Shown: piece after piece, positions 57,454 to 64,000 of the stretch
Numbering within the stretch: position 1 is the stretch's first letter
How the letters are laid out: each line of letters starts with the position of its first letter
Source of the DNA: Caldilineaceae bacterium
GTDB taxonomy: Bacteria; Chloroflexota; Anaerolineae; Caldilineales; Caldilineaceae
Direction: 5' to 3'
Assembly (NCBI GenBank): GCA_026708085.1
Contig: JAPOVP010000189.1
Location: 13,834 to 77,833 of the forward strand
DNA: 64,000 nt
Made by a program: the position numbers and the translations under genes
The notes under the pieces: model-generated
The model's input: only the letters and a program-made list of their open reading frames with translations
The model's database searches: none
What the model was told of the DNA's origin: nothing

Positions 57454-57945
57454 ATGTCCCAGCCCACCCTGTTCACGCTAGCGGCTTCGCCACCGCCGGC
57501 AACCACCACAAAGGAACCGCCCGCGGCCCTGCCGCCGCCGGCATCCGCCGCAAAGAAGCCAACCACAGTCCGCACACGGCCCCCACGCAAGCGGCAGGCC
57601 AAGACGTTTGACTACGGCCAGGGCCGCAAGATCAAGACGGTCCGCCGCGACAACGGCCGCCACAGCTTCCTCGTCCACTTCCAGGACGCCGTGCTCTACC
57701 TGTCGCCGGTCACCTTCCCCAGCGCCGCCGACGCCAGGAGCGCAGGCAAGACCTTCCTCCACAGCCTGCCCGACGACTGGCTGCAGCGCCGCCATCCCGT
57801 TGACGCGCTCGACGGCCAGTGCCACCGCTGCCTCGAACGCGGCAAAGCCGTACCCGCCGTCAACAGCGGCCGCTCTTCCCTCTGCCGCCCCTGCTGGCAA
57901 CAGCTGCACCCCGGCCAGCTCGAGAAGTGGAAAGAAGGCCGATGA
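57454..57945 (+). CDS. Hypothetical protein (163 aa) with a C-terminal Cys cluster
   Basis: Clean ORF coupled (ATGA) to the next gene. Contains CHRCLERG...CRPCW. Confidence 0.45.
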   Translation: MSQPTLFTLAASPPPATTTKEPPAALPPPASAAKKPTTVRTRPPRKRQAKTFDYGQGRKIKTVRRDNGRHSFLVHFQDAVLYLSPVTFPSAADARSAGKTFLHSLPDDWLQRRHPVDALDGQCHRCLERGKAVPAVNSGRSSLCRPCWQQLHPGQLEKWKEGR

Positions 57946-58961
57946 GCGCACACGATCAGTTCACCATCCAACTCGGCGGCGGCCTCACCTGGCTCGCCAA
58001 ACGCCACGACCTCAGCTGCACCGAAGTGCAGGTCGTCAACACGCTCATCCTACTGGACGGACCCGACGGCTGCCACCCCAGCTTCGCCACCATCGCCGAA
58101 GTCTCCGGACGGCCCTACCTGATGGTCCGCAAGGCAATCAAGTCGCTCAAGGAAAAACGTCTGATCGACACCGAGAACAGGCCCTACCGTGACGCCCGCG
58201 GCCGCGAGCTCAAAAGCAAAAGCTATACCTACGTCTTCGCCGAAGAGATCGAGCAGGCCCTCGAATTCGCCGCCGAAACGATCGATCTCAGACGCCGCAA
58301 AACACAGATGCCACTGCTGCCCGCCAATCCAGATCGCGCGCCAGAGGATCCCTATCTGGATCCAGATCGCGCGCCAGGAGATCCCTATCTGGATCCAGAT
58401 CGCGCGCCAGGAGATCCCTATCTGGATCAACCCGGGCAGCCCGCCGATCCAAATCGCGCGCCAGAGGATCCCTATCTGGATCCAGATCGCGCGCCAGGAG
58501 ATCCCTATCTGGACCAGATCGCGCGCCAGGGGATCACCAATAGGGGTAGGTTGGTAGGTAGGAAGGATCTATATCTACAAAAAATAAAGGATCCTACCTA
58601 CCTGCCTACCTACGCGACGCCGGATGAAGACGACCAACGCCTCTCGCTCACCATGATGTCCCATCCCGACATTAGCCTACCTGAAGATTTCAAGGAAGCC
58701 GTCGCGCGGAAACTCAGGCCGCAGGTGGTATTCCACGTCTGCGCCTGCTACTGCTTCGACCTCGCACGCGGCGCTGTTCAAAACACCGGTGTGCTCATGT
58801 ACCGCCTGGCCAACCTGGACCAGTCCCCGCCGCGTCGCCTGAGCGACGTCCAGGGCGAGACCATCGAGTTTTACCAACAGTTCTATATCTATGCGGAGCA
58901 GATCATGCGCGACATCAAGCAGAAGGAATACGACCAGGAGATCGCAGAGGACACGCCATGA
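57942..58961 (+). CDS. Winged-helix (Rep/DnaD-like) DNA-binding protein containing in-frame tandem repeats
   Basis: MSAHDQF...EVQVVNTLILLDGPDGCHPSFATIAEVSGRPYLMVRKAIKSLKEKRLI is a wHTH. The central part has DPDRAPGDPYL repeats. Confidence 0.6.
   Translation: MSAHDQFTIQLGGGLTWLAKRHDLSCTEVQVVNTLILLDGPDGCHPSFATIAEVSGRPYLMVRKAIKSLKEKRLIDTENRPYRDARGRELKSKSYTYVFAEEIEQALEFAAETIDLRRRKTQMPLLPANPDRAPEDPYLDPDRAPGDPYLDPDRAPGDPYLDQPGQPADPNRAPEDPYLDPDRAPGDPYLDQIARQGITNRGRLVGRKDLYLQKIKDPTYLPTYATPDEDDQRLSLTMMSHPDISLPEDFKEAVARKLRPQVVFHVCACYCFDLARGAVQNTGVLMYRLANLDQSPPRRLSDVQGETIEFYQQFYIYAEQIMRDIKQKEYDQEIAEDTP
58328..58538 (+). repeat. 33-bp tandem repeats (5 full copies plus 1 partial) inside the Rep-like gene
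   Basis: TCCAGATCGCGCGCCAG(A/G)GGATCCCTATCTGGA occurs at 58328, 58361, 58394, 58448 and 58481, with a partial copy at 58514. Confidence 0.9.
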
Positions 58962-59311
58962 TTGGACGCCAGTTCAAATGCTGTAGCCAGTGCCAGCAAT
59001 CCAAACCGCTCACCGCCTTCTATCGCAACGCCGGCACCCGAGACGGCCGCGCCGGCAAATGCAAAGAGTGCAAGCAGGTCTACAACGCCACCTACTACCG
59101 CGACAAGAACGATCCCAAAAAGGAGCCGGCCAGTCCCAGACCGCGCTGGAAGATGTGCATTCGCCGCAAACGTAAACGCCGGCCCGAACAGTTCCCGTTG
59201 CACATCCGTAACCCCGATGGTCGCACCCGCATCTGCCGCGCCTGCTTCGCCGACATCATGAAGCCGACTAGATCAACGGGAAAACAGCACCGAACGAAGG
59301 ATCTGGCATGA
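58958..59311 (+). CDS. Zinc-ribbon protein (117 aa)
   Basis: CCSQCQQSKPLTAFYRNAGTRDGRAGKCKECK and a second CRAC pair. Coupled to the upstream gene. Confidence 0.5.
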   Translation: MIGRQFKCCSQCQQSKPLTAFYRNAGTRDGRAGKCKECKQVYNATYYRDKNDPKKEPASPRPRWKMCIRRKRKRRPEQFPLHIRNPDGRTRICRACFADIMKPTRSTGKQHRTKDLA

Positions 59312-59587
59312 CAGTCGACAAATCACGGTTCGCCGCCGAACTGGAGCTGCCGCCCGAAGCCGAAGAAATGATGGCAAAGATTGCCGAGCTGGCCGGCTGC
59401 GTCGGCGTCCTGGCCGCGATCGAAACCGGAGTCGCCGGCACCTTTATCCAGCTGTGGCAGCTGGATGGGCCCGGGCCTGCGCATGAGCCCGGTTCTGAAC
59501 AGGTCAACGGGAAAGTCCACTCGTGGAAGGGGATTTCGCAGTCTGAGTTCCGGAAGTTTCGACCGTTCCGGCAGTTAAGGCCATCGC

Positions 59588-59610
59588 AAATGTCCCAACT
59601 TGGGACATTT
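59588..59610. repeat. 23-bp perfect palindrome, copy 2
   Basis: AAATGTCCCAA-C-TTGGGACATTT. Confidence 0.95.
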
Positions 59611-60050
59611 CCCAACATCTCCGCCAGGCTCCCGTGGTTTGAGTATGGAAGCGATCACTCCTCCCCTGCAGCTGTGGGGATCTCAGAGGGCTCTGACCGG
59701 TCTTCTGCGGGAAGTGCATAGCGCCTCAACCCTTGCGGGGGAAATGCCTCGCGTTGGGATGGCAGTCCTGTTCAGTCCGAATCGTTACGAAGACGAATTG
59801 CGGTCGATCCGGTTCTGGTTCAGTATGTCACTGGGATTGACGAGGCGCGTGTTGGAAATGGGGAGATGCCCAACAGGCTGATCAGCTATGGTGAAACGAC
59901 ACACCCGAGTCGATGGAAGCTGTCAATGGCTTCGCCGGCGTGTATTCGACCGTGATTGTTGGCGGTATTCTTTATGGGTTGGATAACCTACAGTTGCTCT
60001 GTGCCGCGCGAACGAATGGCCTTCTGGCAGGAAGTTGAGGAGCGACAAGC

Positions 60051-60731
60051 ATGACAACAGAGAACGTCGCCGGCACGGATTCCCTGCCCCCTAGAGGTGC
60101 GCGTTTCTATCGGTGTGCACTGCAGGTGAACCCGCATGATTATGCACAGACCTATAGGGGCCAAACTATTCAAGGAGACGCGCTCAGCCACGCACAGGAG
60201 ATCGTTGACAAGGCCGTGGCAATGGGCATCGAGGTGCTCGCCATCACGGATTACAAAAGCGTGAACGGTGTGGCGGCCTTCCGAGCCGCGTCGCGCAACA
60301 AACCGGTTCGCATCTTCCCCGATTTCGAACTGTTCTCCCGGCAACCGCTGGAAGACCTCTCCACTGGACAAAAGGCAACCGCCGTTCTCCTGCTTCTGCT
60401 CCTCGAGTCAGGCGCTCCGCTGCTCGTGGACCAGCCGGAGGACGACCTCGACAACCGTTTCATCACCGAGGGCATCGTGCCGCGCATGTGCGAGGACAAG
60501 CAGCGCAGGCAGTTCATCTTCTCGACCCACAACGCGAACATTCCCGTGCTCGGCGACGCCGAGTTGATCGTAAGGCTGTCAGCCGCCGGGGAGGCAGCTA
60601 GCGGACGGGCGCGTGTCGCGCCCGAGCACACGGGCTCAGTCGACTCCCGCCCCGTGCGCGAACTCGTGGAAGAGATTCTTGAGGGCAGCCGCGAGGCGTT
60701 CGAGACACGGCGGTGGAAGTACGGTTTCTGA
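60051..60731 (+). pseudogene. TrlF-like PHP + AAA/ABC-type ATPase with a large internal deletion
   Basis: The N-terminus (ARFYRCALQVNPHDYAQTY...AQEIVDKAVAMGIEVLAITDYKS) is the PHP start. It joins directly to the ATPase C-terminus (LSTGQKATAVLLLLL...LLVDQPEDDLDNRFI...FIFSTHNANIPVLGDAE). The Walker A motif and coiled-coil middle are missing. Confidence 0.55.
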
Positions 60732-61979
60732 GTGATGAACAAGACGGAACTGCTCCAACTCATCGCCAACCGGGAGAACTCGCGCGTCGAGCTCAAGCGC
60801 GACGACTGTCACCCGGATGATCTCGCTAAGGAGATATCCGCACTGCTGAACCTAGAGGGCGGGGTCATTCTTCTCGGAGTGGAAGACGACGGATCTGTCT
60901 CCGGTCTGACCAGAAGCCGTGGGGATGCGGAGGAGTGGGTGATGAACATCGCTCGCCAGAACCTCCAGCCCGCCATCATCCCCGTCTGGACTTGCATAAG
61001 AACTGAGGGTGTCAAAGATGTAGGAGTCATCGAGCTTTCCGCCGACAGCTCGGGAAAGCCGTACAAGGCAAGACGAGGCAGAGCCTGGGTGACCTTCATC
61101 CGGGCGGGCAGTACCTCCCGGGAGGCGACGCCCGAGGAGGAGGGACGACTCTACCAGGCTGCCCGGTTGGTCCGATATGAGGTCAAGCCGGTGCCGGGCA
61201 CCGGGCTGGAAGCTCTTGACATGGATCGAATCGAGAACTACTACCAGGACGTCTTGAAGCGCTCACTGCCGGACCGGACGGACCTCGAGAACAGGCGGCA
61301 ACTTCTGCTTAACTCGGACCTGCTGGCTGAGGCGGGCGATAACGTTGGCGCATCAGTTGCAGGGCTTCTGCTGTTCGGCGAGAACCCGAACCGCCGTCTT
61401 CCGCAGGCTGGCGTGACGGCAGTGGCGTTTCCCGGCTTTGAGAAGGAATACAACACGGTCGACGAAGAGCGGATTCGAGGACCCCTGACGCCGCGCGTCT
61501 CCAGCCGTGGCGTAGTGGTCGAAAAGGGCGTTATAGACCGCACGGTGGACTTCGTGAAGCGCAACATGGGTAGCGTAGCGTACCTCGAAGGAGGCCGCCG
61601 CCGCCACAAGAGCTCCTTCCCCCTCGACGCGGTGCGAGAGGCGATAGTGAACGCCGTTGTGCATCGTGACTACGCGCTTGAGGGGACCGACATAGAGGTT
61701 TCGCTGTACCGAGATCGCTTCGAAGTGATTTCACCGGGTCGCCTTCCAAACGGTGTCACGGTGGAGAAGGTGAGAGAAGGCGTGGTTCGTGTGGCGCGCA
61801 ACGAGATGCTCAAGGAGATTCTCCGTGACTACCGCTACATAGAACGCTACGGAATGGGAGTCCGCAACCGGATAATCAACCCGATTCGGCAGCACAATGG
61901 CACGGAGCCGGATCTGGTGGAGGAAGATGGTCGCTTCATGGTTCGGCTGTGGAAGGCGCCCCGCAATCATGATGGGTAA
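60732..61979 (+). CDS. AlbA_2 (Schlafen-like, divergent AAA_4) DNA-binding protein with a C-terminal HATPase_c_4-like domain
   Basis: ENSRVELKRDDCHPDDLAKEISALLNLEGGVILLGVEDDGSVSG is the AlbA_2 core. The C-terminus has REAIVNAVVHRDY...GMGVRNRI. Confidence 0.75.
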   Translation: MMNKTELLQLIANRENSRVELKRDDCHPDDLAKEISALLNLEGGVILLGVEDDGSVSGLTRSRGDAEEWVMNIARQNLQPAIIPVWTCIRTEGVKDVGVIELSADSSGKPYKARRGRAWVTFIRAGSTSREATPEEEGRLYQAARLVRYEVKPVPGTGLEALDMDRIENYYQDVLKRSLPDRTDLENRRQLLLNSDLLAEAGDNVGASVAGLLLFGENPNRRLPQAGVTAVAFPGFEKEYNTVDEERIRGPLTPRVSSRGVVVEKGVIDRTVDFVKRNMGSVAYLEGGRRRHKSSFPLDAVREAIVNAVVHRDYALEGTDIEVSLYRDRFEVISPGRLPNGVTVEKVREGVVRVARNEMLKEILRDYRYIERYGMGVRNRIINPIRQHNGTEPDLVEEDGRFMVRLWKAPRNHDG

Positions 61980-62584
61980 ATCTGACGGATCCTACGCCGC
62001 TGATCATTTCACAGATTCGCTCCTGACCGCCGTCAGCAACGTAGGGCGGCCCGCATGATTTGCAAGGTGGAAGGTACCCCCAAGCGTTTCTAGGCGCTCT
62101 ACGGGCCTTACAGCAGGGAAGACTTGATCTGATCGGGCTGAAAACAGGAAAGGCCCCGGATTCGGGCATTTCGCCCCGATCTGGCGCTCAGCCGGGGAAA
62201 CTGAGGACAGCGAACGCTTTCAGCGTCGACGGCATCCCTGATCGATGAGCGGATACCCGACCGGTTGCGCGGTTTTTCGATACGTTGACAAAGGGAAAGG
62301 CCGAGGAGCGGGCCGGCACATTGCATCCGTCGACGTATGCGGCAATGTCTGTAGGCGTGAAGGTGCTGATCGACATGTATGGGCAGGCTGAGAATGTGGC
62401 ATAGCCGCCCCAAAAAGCCTTGAAACTGCCAAACTGACCGCTGTGTCCCTACGGGAAAAGTGTCGGATCTCCAGAACGGCGGCGGCTCGAGTTTTGTTCT
62501 CAGTCTCTCCCACTAGTGCATTTTCCCGTTGAACGGCCGAAACTTCTGGAACTCGAACTACGGGAGGCAGGCGGAGATGTTGGG

Positions 62585-62607
62585 AAATGTCCCAACTTGG
62601 GACATTT
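62585..62607. repeat. 23-bp perfect palindrome, copy 3 (arms extend to 13 bp)
   Basis: GGAAATGTCCCAA-C-TTGGGACATTTCC. Confidence 0.95.
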
Positions 62608-64000
62608 CCGTTGGCTTTGACTGCAGGAGCGGCCGAAATTTCCGAAATTCGAACAGTGGGATTTCCTTCCACAAGTGGACTTTCCCGTTGACCTTGTCGG
62701 CTTCACATGCCTCGCAACCCTTCACGCCGAAAGAATCCTCTCAATTGGGAGATTGCCGCCGCAAAATTGGCCCTTAAAAAAAATTTAGATTCCCGCCGAC
62801 ACATGTCTCGATGTAGCCAATCCCCCGGATCCGGTCCAATCGCGCAGCCCGCAGACCATCCTCCACCCACTCAAGAAGGTGCGGCCAGGCACTAGAGAGC
62901 CTGGCCATGCCAGCAGACGTCAAGGCAGCGCCGGTCAGTCCCAACCCCGAGCCAGCGTCCAGCTCGAAGGCAGAGCCGCCATGCTCCCGGCAGGAGGCCC
63001 CCAAACGAGTAGCGGCACGTACTCCCGGCCCCCACGCCGAAGGCCGCACCGCCGGCCAACAGAGCCAGGTCCATCACCGACATCATCGAAACCGCCCCCG
63101 CCGGCGCCAGTCACGCAGACGTCCCCCGTCTACACCAGCTGAACGCCGTACCCCTGCCTGAGCCCAGTCGCGGCCCCTGTAGCCGGCCCTCGGCTCGACA
63201 TCTTGTCCCCAATCCACTCCCATTCCCTGCGCGGGCGCGGGCCTGAGCGCAGGCCTACATGCGGCCGCGGCGCGTCCGGATAACAAGGCCTCCCATGCAC
63301 CCTGCACAGTCCAACACCGAACACTGCCTTCGACAGACGCGCAAACGCCTTAGCAAGCCCGTCCGGCCCTGGGCCCGCCCGCCGCGCGCGAACGCCGGCA
63401 TCAGACGTTCGCGAACGGAACCGGCCCCGCACGCGGCATCTGCGCGGCCAGCCGCGCAGATGGTCATGTGTCTGTCGGCTTGTCGGCAGCGGCCTTGGCC
63501 GCTGTTCTGTCAGTGCGCCGGCTGACCAACTCCTTCAGACGTACATGGCGCGGGTTTCGGGCCGGTCGGTCGTTAGGCGTCTGGCCGGCCGGCGAGAGTC
63601 ACCGCCAGGGCCGTAACGCCGGCCCCAAACCGGGGAAGTCAGAATTACCGGCCCGGCAGTCGATACAGAATCGCCACAGGAACCGCTCTGAGCGCATTTC
63701 CCAGGCTTACAGGCAGCATAAGACCTCACAGTCCCAAAGCGCTTGCCCCAGCCAGCCACAGGCGCCAAGGCGTCGAGAACAGCCGCCGGCCTGGCTGCGC
63801 CCATGTGTTGCGCCTGGCAGATGTCGCCGCGGCTGTGTACCTGCATTCATGCGCCAGCGCGTGGGCCGGCCAGACGCCAGCTGCCGGCAAGGGGGTGTTC
63901 CGCACAGCCGGCAGAAAAGAAGACACCGCGCGCATTCCAGATTCAGCACGGGAGCACAGTTGCACACACAGCTACCCACCCACACAGCCTGCGCAGCTCC

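Noticed and set aside
62700-64000. A very GC-rich terminal 1.3 kb with overlapping ORFs in all six frames.
   Set aside because: No frame shows recognisable motifs or clean codon structure, so I cannot support any gene call from sequence alone.

Overview
GC-rich bacterial accessory DNA; nearly all convincing genes lie on the minus strand. All calls come from reading the sequence and recognising motifs. No database search was run.

Layout:
- (1) 1-21.4 kb: a type I R-M locus (hsdM, hsdS, a 5' hsdR stub, and a separate hsdR at the window edge). It has been colonised by defence-type genes: HigB/HigA-ImmA, MNT/truncated HepT, two DUF2971 proteins, SIR2, DUF4238, an Rx4H HEPN protein, a TIR-like + 2-TM pair, HNH, and DUF4365. 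Decayed stubs of an ABC permease and a Fic gene sit at the left.
- (2) 21.8-30.4 kb: a mobile-element remnant. It carries an iteron/AT-rich origin-like site, a Toprim-primase/SF3 helicase, an RHH protein, an IS5-family IS inactivated by a 10-bp duplication, three paralogous small membrane proteins, SSB and a GmrSD-type nuclease.
- (3) 31.3-43.1 kb: a complete type I-G (formerly I-U) CRISPR-Cas locus, csb1/cas7-csb2-cas3-cas8-like-[array 2]-cas4/cas1-cas2-leader-[array 1], with a 36-nt repeat.
- (4) 43.8-64 kb: degraded integrated-element DNA with toxin-antitoxin pairs, pseudogenes, an AAA/DUF4143 ATPase, HNH, a wHTH Rep-like gene with in-frame iterons, a TrlF-like deletion remnant, an AlbA_2 protein and many structured repeats.

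The most interesting signal is at 43.57-43.79 kb, just upstream of the cas operon. A divergently oriented degenerate mini-CRISPR (pseudo-repeat, 36-nt pseudo-spacer, pseudo-repeat) sits there. The PAM-proximal 17 nt of its pseudo-spacer match, next to a TTC, the predicted transcription start of a strong TTGACA-N17-TATTCT promoter that reads into small rare-codon ORFs and the cas genes. This is a CreTA/CreR-like Cascade-repression architecture.
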